IMG/VR virus record: IMGVR_UViG_3300037465_000037
Location: 12,840-76,839 of that record
Direction: 5' to 3' (one strand)
Source: a virus
DNA: 64,000 nucleotides
Under the pieces are notes generated by a model. The model was not told the DNA's origin, made no database searches, and saw only the letters and a program-made list of their open reading frames with translations. Shown here piece by piece: positions 1-9,390 of this stretch. A program made the translations under genes and the position numbers. Each line of letters starts with the position of its first letter. Position 1 is the stretch's first letter.

Positions 1-3
1 ACG

Positions 4-750
4 ATGTGGCCTACTCGACCAGCCGCAGAAGTTCTCGATGAGATTTACGAGAAGGGTTGTGTCACAGTTGCGTCGGTACATCATACCGGGACGTGGTTTG
101 CTTTAGAATTTCTGTTGTGGCATTCACAGTTTAGAGAAGTGGTTGAGCTTCACGAGTTAATAAGTGGGCAGAAGTTGGTGAGTAAAGAGAAGATTGTTCA
201 CTTTCATTTGACTGGGAGAAAGATTGATTCGAGAGGTGATATTGAGTGTGATTGGGAAAAGGTGAAGAAGTTTGTGAAAAGCGCGAAGGTGTTGGTGCCG
301 CTGCGAGATCCATTGTTGAGCTTGATTAGCAGGGAGAAGAGGCACCCTGGTGGAGATCATAGGTTTATCATAGATGGATTTGAGGCGTTGAGTGATATAT
401 GCGGTGATGTTGATAATGAATACAGAAAGGAGATGAATTGGTTGGTTGTAGATTTGAGTAGAATGTTGAGCGAGAATGATAGAGTGATTGCGTTGAAGAA
501 TAGATTGGTGCAGTTGAGATTGGACGAGCAACCATATGTGTATCGGTTTGCGAGAGATTGGAAGAAGTTCAATAGCTGGAATGATAGCAAACACCACGAT
601 TGCGTAGCATATGAAGATGCCTACTTGATGAATGATTGGGAGTGGCTAAAGCGTCAACTTGGTAATAATTGGGATTACCTAGTAAGCAAGATGGAGAAAA
701 TTAGACCAATGCTGATTAAGTTTGGGTATTCGTTGAAGTGGCTTGCCTAG
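4..750 (+). CDS. Sulfotransferase-family protein
   Basis: N-terminal SVHHTGTWF resembles the 5'-PSB loop (xxxxSGT/TGT) and VPLRDPLLSLISR matches the 3'-PB RDPxxxxxS motif of PAPS-dependent sulfotransferases. The start is at the window edge, so the true start may be upstream. Confidence 0.65.
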   Translation: MWPTRPAAEVLDEIYEKGCVTVASVHHTGTWFALEFLLWHSQFREVVELHELISGQKLVSKEKIVHFHLTGRKIDSRGDIECDWEKVKKFVKSAKVLVPLRDPLLSLISREKRHPGGDHRFIIDGFEALSDICGDVDNEYRKEMNWLVVDLSRMLSENDRVIALKNRLVQLRLDEQPYVYRFARDWKKFNSWNDSKHHDCVAYEDAYLMNDWEWLKRQLGNNWDYLVSKMEKIRPMLIKFGYSLKWLA

Positions 751-806
751 CCAGGCTATCGAAGTGCGGAACCTACGGCTTTCCATTGTTAGAGGAAGGT
801 TGACTA

Positions 807-1289
807 GTGGGATCTTGTAACATCTTGCTTGGTGCGCCCCGGACAGAGATTAATAATTATAATACGGTAAATAATCTGCCAGAGCGGTTTGAAGGGTCTA
901 GGGTTACGTTGGCTTCTACTGTTGGGGCGCTGCCTGTTCAGTATATGACAAGTGGAGTGCTGGGTACAACAGTTGGTGCTATGTATATGGTGCTATGGAC
1001 GATCTTGTGGGGACACGGGAATAACTCAACCAGTATTAGGATTTTCATTGATGAAAATGACGTTGGTGCTGGTGGTGGGTTGTATTTGAATCAGCAACCG
1101 CCGGCTGGAGTTGGAGCAATATTTACAAATCGTACGCCTAATGCAACTAGCGGAAGAGATCAGTATACAGGGTTCGCATTCATTACTGGAAATGGCTCTG
1201 ATAAGATTGACATTGACTTCGCTGCGGTTGGAGCGAGTGCGGTGAGTATTTATAGCGCGAATTTGCAAGTGATTAAGCTGGTTGAATAG
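807..1289 (+). CDS. Hypothetical beta-rich protein, possibly virion-associated
   Basis: 160-aa ORF with GTG start and AGGAAGG upstream; Gly/Thr/Asn-rich, beta-strand-like composition. Confidence 0.45.
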   Translation: MGSCNILLGAPRTEINNYNTVNNLPERFEGSRVTLASTVGALPVQYMTSGVLGTTVGAMYMVLWTILWGHGNNSTSIRIFIDENDVGAGGGLYLNQQPPAGVGAIFTNRTPNATSGRDQYTGFAFITGNGSDKIDIDFAAVGASAVSIYSANLQVIKLVE

Positions 1290-1300
1290 GAGCGAATCAA

Positions 1301-2230
1301 GTGAGCACGCATCTATATCCGTTAGCTAGCTTTCCAGATCCGACGAATGTTAGCCTGGATGTGTTGATTCATGATATTGAGGCTAGTACAATTAGCGTGC
1401 AGCTAGATAAAGCGCAAACGCAAATTAATGATGTTGGTAATCCGCCTATCTCGACATTCGTTGCTGTATTCAAGGCGCAGATTTCAGCGAGTGAATTGCA
1501 GGTATTAGATGGTATTGTAGGTAATCATGATGCGAATTCATTGCCACAATCTGCGATGCCTGTGGATATCAGTGGGTCCGTATCTACGGCTGGCGGTGTA
1601 GTTGGACTGCCTGTGCTACGAGCTTCGATCCAGCCACAGACTTTGAATTACGAGATGTGTAATAGGGATATCAAGTTGCGGACCAGTGTGATCGGGAATG
1701 GATCGTTCGAGGACTACAAAGTTGATTTGGTAAGTGGTGATTTTAGATTGAAGGATTGGGGTGAGGTTGTAGTAGTGGGAGTATATAAATACAAAGTGCC
1801 TGGGGATCCATTGCAGGGATACGAGGCTTGCGTAGACCAGTTGGACGCTGATATCAATGCTGCGCTGACGGTGTGGGACTTCCATCCGAATGACCAAACA
1901 CTAGCTAAGAATCCTATCAAGTGGGACATTCGCGGCGGGTATTTGTATATTGACCCAACGATTCAGCAGAGTGAGAGGCACGAGCTTTATGCTATTGCAG
2001 CCCCAAACATACCGTCTTCTTTTGGTGGCCAGGTGAGGTTGTTTGACGGATATCTTGCTGCATTTGCTGGAGAGTTCCAAGTTGCCGCAATTGACCCCAC
2101 TGCACGATCGCTAGATCCAACAACCTCACCAGAAGCTAGCAAATTCAGGATTTACTGTTATTATCCAGCAGGGCTGAAGAAGGAACACATCTTGCGCTTG
2201 ATTACTTATAGGCCAAGCGGGACATCTTAA
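1301..2230 (+). CDS. Hypothetical phage protein, possibly structural
   Basis: 309-aa ORF with AGGAG RBS; co-oriented in the cluster; no catalytic motif recognised. Confidence 0.5.
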   Translation: MSTHLYPLASFPDPTNVSLDVLIHDIEASTISVQLDKAQTQINDVGNPPISTFVAVFKAQISASELQVLDGIVGNHDANSLPQSAMPVDISGSVSTAGGVVGLPVLRASIQPQTLNYEMCNRDIKLRTSVIGNGSFEDYKVDLVSGDFRLKDWGEVVVVGVYKYKVPGDPLQGYEACVDQLDADINAALTVWDFHPNDQTLAKNPIKWDIRGGYLYIDPTIQQSERHELYAIAAPNIPSSFGGQVRLFDGYLAAFAGEFQVAAIDPTARSLDPTTSPEASKFRIYCYYPAGLKKEHILRLITYRPSGTS

Positions 2231-2259
2231 GTAGCGCAAGTGCGCCAGGAGTCACTCTC

Positions 2260-2748
2260 ATGATGATCGTAGTTAGGTACTGCGATTTGAGTGATGAGCA
2301 GAAGCAGTTGTTATTGAACGGCTGCGGGCCTGTTGGTGGTGGCGGTTGGTTTGTTCCTGATATGGTTTTCCACGAAGCTTGCAATAGGCACGACTTCGAT
2401 TATTTAGTGGGCGGGGAAAGAGATTTACCCGATGGTGATTCTAGTTGGAGATTGGAGGCGGAAGATAGATTTCTAGAGAATATGTTGATTGAAGCGAATA
2501 AGCAAGGTTGGTGGAGTCGGTGGTGGTATAAATGGATGGCATATACATATCATAAGGCAACGATGAAATTTGGGATGGGATATTTCAAGTATAGGGAGAA
2601 AGGCAGTCCAATGCTGGTGACTTTGGAATTGCTGATGGCTGAAGATAGATTCAGGAAAGCAAATGGTGAAAAACGGCCGTATGTTGTTTCGGCTTGTCGG
2701 TTGTGCAAGAGTGGCGTAAATGCCGAAAAGAAAGGCTGGTTTGCGTAA
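2260..2748 (+). CDS. Phospholipase A2-like (HD motif) protein
   Basis: NGCGP followed by ACNRHDFDY (CxxHDxxY) and a downstream helix EAEDRFLENM, the pattern of prokaryotic/phage sPLA2-like folds; AGGAG RBS. Confidence 0.6.
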   Translation: MMIVVRYCDLSDEQKQLLLNGCGPVGGGGWFVPDMVFHEACNRHDFDYLVGGERDLPDGDSSWRLEAEDRFLENMLIEANKQGWWSRWWYKWMAYTYHKATMKFGMGYFKYREKGSPMLVTLELLMAEDRFRKANGEKRPYVVSACRLCKSGVNAEKKGWFA

Positions 2749-2749
2749 A

Positions 2750-3586
2750 ATGGCAAGCCCAGTAACTCATCAGGCGCTGCAAAGGTTTTTCACCGACTTT
2801 GGCAAGAGCAACGTTGCATTTGCTAGGTATGCGACTGATCCAAGTGGTGATGTGTTACTTGGATTGAAGAATGGACATATCTGGTGGAACGAAACCGAGA
2901 AGAAGTGGAAGGGAGTCAGGGATGGCGTTATTGTGGTATTTGGAGAGGCGTTTACCGATGTGAGTGATTTCACTGTTGAATATGCTCCAACTGCATATAC
3001 GCCCGATGATCCTGATGATGAGGATGATGATAAGGTAATTGCGCATTTGAATGGGATTAATACTGAGCTTGCAGCGTTAAAAGGAAGAACGAGGAGAATT
3101 CAACTTCCGCTGACCCATGCCAGACTGGCAACGACATTGGCACCTGTTGATGCGAGCACTGTCCCAAAGATTCAATATAATGTTGGTGGTAACCTGCGCA
3201 CAAGAATTAGGTGGGGGCCTGGCGAGACTACTGGCATCATAATTAGTTCTGTATTGCCTTTCCCAGAAATCGACGTAAGCAGTGGATTTGCATTTACTGT
3301 CGAGGGATACCTTAGTCAGTTGGTTGTTGGTGATGCCGACCTAATTGGCGGTGCTGCTGCTGCCGGGCTTGGCAAGAAAGGGGGAGGTATTGGATTCAGT
3401 AGTTCACTGTTTGGTTGGCCTGGGACTTCAGTTGAAACAAAGACAACTATTGCTACTGGTAGTGTAGCTGTTGGTCCTGGAATTACCGACTTGTATGATT
3501 TCACATTAATGGTTGGACCTGGTGTTGGTTCTGATGATGATGAATTGATCATCCATGCGCTATGGGTGAACGTAACGTTACTGTAG
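2750..3586 (+). CDS. Tail fibre/receptor-binding-like protein 1
   Basis: The first ~105 aa are paralogous to the N-terminus of 3613-5871, followed by a beta-rich C-terminus. Start placed at ATG 2750, just after the upstream stop. Confidence 0.55.
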   Translation: MASPVTHQALQRFFTDFGKSNVAFARYATDPSGDVLLGLKNGHIWWNETEKKWKGVRDGVIVVFGEAFTDVSDFTVEYAPTAYTPDDPDDEDDDKVIAHLNGINTELAALKGRTRRIQLPLTHARLATTLAPVDASTVPKIQYNVGGNLRTRIRWGPGETTGIIISSVLPFPEIDVSSGFAFTVEGYLSQLVVGDADLIGGAAAAGLGKKGGGIGFSSSLFGWPGTSVETKTTIATGSVAVGPGITDLYDFTLMVGPGVGSDDDELIIHALWVNVTLL

Positions 3587-3612
3587 TAGAATAGATAGGA
3601 TCATAAACCTAC

Positions 3613-5871
3613 ATGGCTGGCCCACTCACCCATCAGTCGCTCCAGAAGTTCTTTACTGACTTCGGGAGAAGCAATGTCACATTCGCTAGGTATACAGAAG
3701 ATCCCAGTATTGCTGGATTGAAGGATGGACATGTTTGGTATAACGAGACTGAGAAACAATGGAAGGGATTGCAAGATGGTGTGGTTGTTGTGTTCTTCAG
3801 TGGTGAGTTTACTGACATTAGTGATTTCACCGTAGATTTCTCTCCTGAGACATACATTCCAGATGACCCAGAAGATGAAGATGATGATAAAATCATTGCG
3901 CATTTGAATGGAATTGATAGTAAGCTAAATGAACTACAAGCAACTTGGGATGGTACGAGATTCTTTGCAGTGGATTACGATAATGGTAATGATGGGAATG
4001 TTGGATACTCCGATACGAGCTTGGCATTGGCTGGTAGCGTGGCAATCAAGACCCTTGAGAGATTGGATGAGATTTTTCCTAAGATTGGAAACGGACGGAC
4101 AGCAGTTGTAGCGATTCGCGCTCGTATTGGTGGTGCGACTTACAGGAATCAAGCCGACACTGCTGACGATGTACTTGATTTCTTGAATGGTGTTACAGGC
4201 TACCAGCAAATTGTAGTAAGAGGTACCGATACTGTCGCAAGCGCTGGTGCGGTAGCCTTTGCTAACGATACAGCCGATAAGATCTCTTGCGGTGGGAAAA
4301 TTGTACCTGGGACCAATGTTGCTGGGTACAATCCTACAGGGGCTCCGAGTGTAAGCGTATTCGATTGCGTACTCGCTGGCGGTGGTGCGCCTGGGTTGAG
4401 CGCGGAGCCTGCGTTATTGGGTAAGCGTATTAGATTCGATTCTGCAACGACTACAGTTGCGTTAAGAAATATTTGCAGGATGATACATGCCAATGATACT
4501 GATACTATTACTATGAATGTAGATCTGCCAGCAGTCCCTGTTGCAACCGACGTGTTTTATATTGAAGAGCCTGGTGTTGCGATAGACGCAATTGTTGCTA
4601 ATACTGGAAATGCAACTTCTCTGGCATTGCCACCTAGTTTTTCTAACTCTGGGGTGATGATTGTTGGTTTCCGTTCTGCCAACGCTGGCGCATCGCATAT
4701 TGCTCTCACAGCACGTGCCTTGGCCGGTAGGATTCAGTTGGCGTTCGTGGATTTGGCTTCTCCATTTACCGGGGCTATCAGTTTCAGTGGCCCGGTCAGA
4801 GTTACAATTTCTCCTAGTTATCTTGATGAGGCTACACCACCATCAACGATAACTGTCGGGCCTGGGTTGCGCGTTGTTGGGTGGGGCACGTTTGCAAGCG
4901 TTGATTCTCTAATCATGAGCAGTGTTGTCAATTCTGCTGGTAGGATGCAACTGCTGAATATCGGACCTGGATTGAGTGTTGGGTCGGCTAGTTATGCTGC
5001 CCTGGGATACCTTTTTCAAAATTGCATGGCAGGCGGGGTGTCGGGGACGACGCTCGGCGGAAACAGCGTTGGCAATAATGCCTCCACGACGGCGCGGCGT
5101 TTCCGGGTAACTGGCGCATTCGCTGGCGCTGCGATCTCTTGCACAACCTCGAATTTGTTTATTCGTGGTGTTGACTTCGCTTCGGTTGGTTCTGCGGCTT
5201 GCATTGTATTGAATGGTGTGGGATTGGCAGTTGGAATCAATGATTGCGTTGGCACGACCGGGAACACTGGGCCGGGGCTCTCGCTGCTCGCGGCGCGCGG
5301 CTGCGAGGTCTTGCTTGGCAACCTCAATGCGAACACGTTTGGTGGCGCAGCGGGCGCGGACATCCTTGGGTTCGGTTCTGTCCGCTACGTCCACGCCGAC
5401 TACGCACGGACAGATTTGCGCGACCACGGCGGTAACCATTTGCAAGGCACCGCTGGATCGCCGGTCGGAACGACGACGCTCGTTACGAATGACGCAGCGA
5501 CCAGCATCGGACAATACCAAGTCGTCCGCGCGACCGGATTCGGTATAGGGACGCTTGCGCGGGCTAACACTGCGGCGAATGCAACCGGAGTCATTGGCGT
5601 CTCGCAAGGGATTGCGACAGCGGCTCCGGCGCAAGCAACGATGCTCGTCAATGGCGGCGGGACGTGGCTTCAGTTTGACGCAGCGCCGACGACTGGAGCC
5701 ATCGCGTACCTTTCGACTGCGACAGCAGGTAACGCGCAGCACACGGTACCCGCACTTTCCGGAACTAACCAAAAACTAAGGCTCGGACGCATCGCTGCTG
5801 TGCTAGGTACACTCGGCTTCGTCGTGTGGCATCCAGAAAATCTGCCAGTCTTAGCGGATGGGCTCGCATGA
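3613..5871 (+). CDS. Tail fibre/spike-like protein 2
   Basis: 752 aa, Gly/Ala/Thr/Val-rich, with a beta-helix-like middle, the shared N-terminal module and a C-terminal cement/decoration-like segment. Confidence 0.65.
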   Translation: MAGPLTHQSLQKFFTDFGRSNVTFARYTEDPSIAGLKDGHVWYNETEKQWKGLQDGVVVVFFSGEFTDISDFTVDFSPETYIPDDPEDEDDDKIIAHLNGIDSKLNELQATWDGTRFFAVDYDNGNDGNVGYSDTSLALAGSVAIKTLERLDEIFPKIGNGRTAVVAIRARIGGATYRNQADTADDVLDFLNGVTGYQQIVVRGTDTVASAGAVAFANDTADKISCGGKIVPGTNVAGYNPTGAPSVSVFDCVLAGGGAPGLSAEPALLGKRIRFDSATTTVALRNICRMIHANDTDTITMNVDLPAVPVATDVFYIEEPGVAIDAIVANTGNATSLALPPSFSNSGVMIVGFRSANAGASHIALTARALAGRIQLAFVDLASPFTGAISFSGPVRVTISPSYLDEATPPSTITVGPGLRVVGWGTFASVDSLIMSSVVNSAGRMQLLNIGPGLSVGSASYAALGYLFQNCMAGGVSGTTLGGNSVGNNASTTARRFRVTGAFAGAAISCTTSNLFIRGVDFASVGSAACIVLNGVGLAVGINDCVGTTGNTGPGLSLLAARGCEVLLGNLNANTFGGAAGADILGFGSVRYVHADYARTDLRDHGGNHLQGTAGSPVGTTTLVTNDAATSIGQYQVVRATGFGIGTLARANTAANATGVIGVSQGIATAAPAQATMLVNGGGTWLQFDAAPTTGAIAYLSTATAGNAQHTVPALSGTNQKLRLGRIAAVLGTLGFVVWHPENLPVLADGLA

Positions 5872-6101
5872 GTAATACATGGATCGTGAGTTTTATTGGC
5901 AGTCTGTATGAATTGGTTGGATTTGCAACACAGGATGAAGCACTTATAGCATTTCTTAGCAATTTCGGTGATGTAAATGGAGCAACTTCATTCATGGATG
6001 CACTTAGCATGATTTGTTCGCAGAAAGGCATGACGGTTGAAGATATTCAAGGATTACTTGATGGTTGCTCTATTGATCATGCGATGGTTGATGTGTTGTG
6101 A
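5868..6101 (+). CDS. Hypothetical protein
   Basis: ATGA overlap with the stop of the fibre gene; begins MSNTWIVSF. Confidence 0.5.
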   Translation: MSNTWIVSFIGSLYELVGFATQDEALIAFLSNFGDVNGATSFMDALSMICSQKGMTVEDIQGLLDGCSIDHAMVDVL

Positions 6102-6121
6102 TGTAATTAATGTGATGTAAT

Positions 6122-6328
6122 GTGAAGTATATGATCGACATACCTGGCGTAGTTTCGGTATGGCTATTCAGATGCCCGACTTGCAAAGCCAAACCGTTTG
6201 ATGCGTGTATGGAAGAGAGTGAGCTTATTGGTAGGCATGCAAGAGGTCCGCACCAGACGAGAATTGATAGGATGAATAGGTGGATGCGGGCGGCAAGGAA
6301 GATCGGGAAGCGCGGCAAGGCGAGATAA
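6122..6328 (+). CDS. Small Cys-containing (zinc-finger-like) protein
   Basis: CPTC...C...H pattern in a 68-aa ORF. Confidence 0.45.
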   Translation: MKYMIDIPGVVSVWLFRCPTCKAKPFDACMEESELIGRHARGPHQTRIDRMNRWMRAARKIGKRGKAR

Positions 6329-6350
6329 AGTTAACTCAACTGATATTCAC

Positions 6351-6602
6351 TTAGCCTTGCCTGCTGTGGAAGTCGCAATACATAGTTGAATGGTTGGCTG
6401 GCTGGTCGCAACCAGCCTTAGCGCATACAACCCTGACGCGCTGCTGATTCGTGAAGAAGTTACCGTGCTCGATATCAGTGGTGCTGGTGCTATTCTTCTC
6501 TGGTGGTAGATAGGGGCCGCACTTTGCACATCTAGGACAGAATGACGATCTTTCATGATCGCATTCTTCGCTGTTGGTGAAGAAAGTTCCCATATTACTC
6601 AC
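6351..6602 (-). CDS. Small Cys/His-rich hypothetical protein
   Basis: CPRCAKC and CAKAGC...YCDFH motifs; internal repeat GTFFTN/GNFFTN. Confidence 0.45.
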   Translation of the reverse strand: MSNMGTFFTNSEECDHERSSFCPRCAKCGPYLPPEKNSTSTTDIEHGNFFTNQQRVRVVCAKAGCDQPANHSTMYCDFHSRQG

Positions 6603-6806
6603 CCAAGATAGCAGACGTACGCCTTGATGGCTGTTGGCTCTCCGTCGATGATGTCAATGTTAGCATGACCGCCATCTTCAGTTTGTAAAACTCTGGAGGC
6701 TCGCCCGGTCGAGGTTAATTTCAATCATTGCATCAGATTCTACAAATGAAGCCATACTTCAACATCTGAGTCCATCCTCTCGTTTTCATTGCTCATTGCT
6801 CATAGC

Positions 6807-7172
6807 TCATACTTTCATCACTTTTCGCAACCTGTTGCGGGCATCACACGCCATTGCATGAACACTCTGCCGGCGCATGTCCATAATAACACCAAGCTGA
6901 GCGAGAGTGTATGGCTGGCAGCCGTCGAGTCCGTAGAGCCTCACGATGATAAATCTGAGCCTTCCTGGAAGGGAAGAAATAGCTCGGTGGAGTGCTTGGG
7001 CGTAGTCGAGCTTTTCAATGATGGCGTGAGGCTCGTAGCGGTGTGATTGGTGGTAGCGAATGCGCTCGATTGGGTAGCAAGTGCCTAGGATGTAAGGATC
7101 TAAAACTTGCCGATCAGTTTGCTTCATTGGATTTCCTTTGCTTCTCGTCTTCTTCCTTGCCAATGAGTTCAA
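6807..7172 (-). CDS. Sigma-70 region-4-only HTH protein
   Basis: AISSLPGRLRFIIVRLYGLDGCQPYTLAQLGVIMDMRRQSVHAMACDARNRLRK matches sigma region 4; regions 2 and 3 are absent. The start may be the internal MKQTD. Confidence 0.7.
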   Translation of the reverse strand: MNSLARKKTRSKGNPMKQTDRQVLDPYILGTCYPIERIRYHQSHRYEPHAIIEKLDYAQALHRAISSLPGRLRFIIVRLYGLDGCQPYTLAQLGVIMDMRRQSVHAMACDARNRLRKVMKV

Positions 7173-7419
7173 GGTAAATCAATAATAGGTTGCTGATTAC
7201 CGAATGATCGAACTTGATGACTGCGCGCTCTTTTAACTCCATTTCCATTGAGATTATGAAGAAAGCAGCAGCGTAGATCAAAGAGCTGATGACAGCTTTA
7301 GGTTCAGGAATGGCGTGCCCGAGCTTGCGTAGTTTCATGATGTAATTGTTGAAAGCTTCATGGTTGCTGGTGATGAGTAGCTTGCGTAGTTCGATGAATT
7401 GTTCGTGGTTAATGGACAT
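7114..7419 (-). CDS. Hypothetical protein
   Basis: 101-aa helical ORF in a tightly packed leftward series. Confidence 0.5.
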   Translation of the reverse strand: MSINHEQFIELRKLLITSNHEAFNNYIMKLRKLGHAIPEPKAVISSLIYAAAFFIISMEMELKERAVIKFDHSVISNLLLIYLELIGKEEDEKQRKSNEAN

Positions 7420-7420
7420 G

Positions 7421-7630
7421 TTATTTGGCTTTCAACTCAGCGTAGTCATTGTGCGCCTTGATGAGACGCAGGCAAGACTTGCACGTCACAAGCTGGGCAA
7501 TATAAGTATTCAGTCCAAGTCGGCGGATTTCGTCCGCTCGCGTGCCATGACAACAAGCAGCCCAGCCCGGCAATACTCTCATCCTTGCAGTGCGGATTGC
7601 GCCTGCAAAATGGATCTTCCTGTTGCTCAT
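7421..7630 (-). CDS. Hypothetical protein
   Basis: 69-aa ORF with CCH and CxxC, abutting the next gene. Confidence 0.45.
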   Translation of the reverse strand: MSNRKIHFAGAIRTARMRVLPGWAACCHGTRADEIRRLGLNTYIAQLVTCKSCLRLIKAHNDYAELKAK

Positions 7631-7719
7631 ATAGCCTCACTACTGGCTTTCGTTGCCTTCGCATGCAGGACAGCCATTGCCTTCACACTGGAATCAACTG
7701 TGGAAATTTCATCTTGCAT

Positions 7720-7995
7720 TCACTCCGGCCATTGCGGCGTATTCAACCCTGGATTGAACGTCACGCAAATCGCTCGAAAGTTCTGGTAGATCGACCTAAG
7801 CGTCTTGAAATCCTCCAGGCTCATTACCTCCTTGATCTTATCGCATCCGCAGTTGGTCATCGACGTATGAACAGTGACGAGCGCAGAGTGGACCTGAATA
7901 AGCTGCCCGTGCAACCTATTCAGCATCTTGACAACCTCTTGCTGTGGTGTGCGCTGAGGTTGCCGCTTGCGCTTCAGGATGATGTTCTTGTTCAT
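7720..7995 (-). CDS. Hypothetical protein
   Basis: Start placed at the internal MNKNIILKRKR; the longer upstream extension of the called ORF looks non-coding. Confidence 0.4.
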   Translation of the reverse strand: MNKNIILKRKRQPQRTPQQEVVKMLNRLHGQLIQVHSALVTVHTSMTNCGCDKIKEVMSLEDFKTLRSIYQNFRAICVTFNPGLNTPQWPE

Positions 7996-8170
7996 TGGTA
8001 GACCCTTTCGCGAGGTTGAATTAGCGCGTTGAGTGCTGGTGAAGTTATATTCAACGTTGTGTGTAATGTTGAAGTTGATGATGGAAGCTAATGCTCTTGT
8101 GTGCTCACTGCAAGATAGTACCACAATATCGAGATGCTGCGCGAAAGAATGGTGAGAGATGGCCGAAAAC

Positions 8171-8423
8171 TGAACTTGGTTGCCCGATTTCAAAAAAGGG
8201 GCAGTGAACTTCACTATACCTGCCAGGAATGCAGGATAATGATAGTGTCGATTTATGTTGAAAGACCATGCTAAAAACGGTACTCGGGACATCACCCCGG
8301 AGGATCTATACAAGAAATCAAACTTGTGAATTGAGCTTGGGGGTCTGGAAATTGGAGCCCGCACATAAATAGGGTACTTTTTGATTTAGACCCAAGTTCA
8401 CTTTTCTATGGACCCCCAAGCTC
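8171..8423. promoter_or_regulatory. Operator-like inverted repeats in the divergent intergenic region
   Basis: Perfect 13-bp inverted repeat GAGCTTGGGGGTC (8333-8345) / GACCCCCAAGCTC (8411-8423); TGAACTTGG (8171) / CCAAGTTCA (8392); palindrome AGTGAA-C-TTCACT (8203-8215). Confidence 0.5.
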
Positions 8424-8514
8424 TCTTCAAAAGTTTTCGTGGTAAGATCGCTTTGGAAGTCCGAGAACGATAAAGACCCTTTCCAGTGTGATTGCAACGA
8501 GGTAGAGAAAGAGC

Positions 8515-9390
8515 ATGGATACTGACACATTGAGAGAAGAAACACCACAAAGCAAGAATAAAATGATGGAAGGACTAGATTGCATAGACATTCCATTCTT
8601 ACTATTACCAAGTGAAGTACAATCCTCTCGGTGTCTTCCATACCCTGTTGCTATTCGTTTACTTAGAGCCAAGAATGAGCTATCGAAGAATCAATTCAGT
8701 AGTGCTCTGAGTGTCATCGTAGAGCACCACTCCAGAGTCAAGGTCAAGACGATAAAACTCTGGGAGAATGGGATCGCCACACCAAGAATCAAGATTAGGA
8801 CGGCGGTTGATAAACTGGTAGCAGACTCGGCGTTTACTATCGACTGGGAGAAACCAGATCGAAACGAGCTATCCAAAATAATCCGGCAGATTGGATACAA
8901 GCACTTGGACATCGAGCTATTCAAGACATTGGTTGAGAAGCTGAATACGTTAGAGCCAAGACAAGTTAGTAAATCTCTAAGACTTATTCCGACTGACACT
9001 ACAAAGTGGATTGAACAATACAAATCCTGGCGGTTAGTGAAGGTAGTAGGTGGTAACGATGAAAGTGGCAAGACACTACTGCAAATGTTTGGGTTGGACG
9101 TAATTATCTTCCTTGAGAAGTGGTTGCCGTTGTATGTGAGAAGAACACTACCTAGCGTCTTGGAGATCAATCCTCAGCTACTTAGGAAGTGGCGCTGCCA
9201 GTTTTGTTATCCTGGACAGCAAAAGCGGAATGAAATGACGAAGTTGGTAACGGAAGCATTTGCTAGTTTGGTGAAGGAAGATGTTGTGGTGAGAATCAAC
9301 TGGCATTCTTATCCTAGTGATTTGGGGAGTAAATGCACTGCTTCTTCTAACAGAAGCCCGTTCTTCCTCACTGCTAAGAGGTTGTGGTAG
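8515..9390 (+). CDS. XRE/Cro-like HTH transcriptional regulator, possibly with two HTH domains
   Basis: LRAKNELSKNQFSSAL...TIKLWENGIATP is XRE-like; a second HTH-like segment LPSVLEINPQLLRKW...P lies near the C-terminus; divergent from the leftward genes. Confidence 0.55.
   Translation: MDTDTLREETPQSKNKMMEGLDCIDIPFLLLPSEVQSSRCLPYPVAIRLLRAKNELSKNQFSSALSVIVEHHSRVKVKTIKLWENGIATPRIKIRTAVDKLVADSAFTIDWEKPDRNELSKIIRQIGYKHLDIELFKTLVEKLNTLEPRQVSKSLRLIPTDTTKWIEQYKSWRLVKVVGGNDESGKTLLQMFGLDVIIFLEKWLPLYVRRTLPSVLEINPQLLRKWRCQFCYPGQQKRNEMTKLVTEAFASLVKEDVVVRINWHSYPSDLGSKCTASSNRSPFFLTAKRLW

Noticed and set aside
2750-3930. Diversity-generating retroelement TR/VR pair
   Set aside because: The similarity is at the N-termini, differences are not adenine-specific, and no reverse transcriptase is in the window.
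4909-5772. 287-aa minus-strand ORF and other long antisense ORFs (15501-15956, 24145-24789, 25422-25901, 40333-41133, and 62584-63321 on the plus strand)
   Set aside because: They are shadows of GC-rich genes on the opposite strand, with low-complexity Arg/Ser-rich translations and no motifs.
7996-8364. N-terminal extension of the 214-aa minus-strand ORF
   Set aside because: It overlaps the repeat-rich divergent control region and has no protein-like pattern; the internal ATG at 7995 was preferred.
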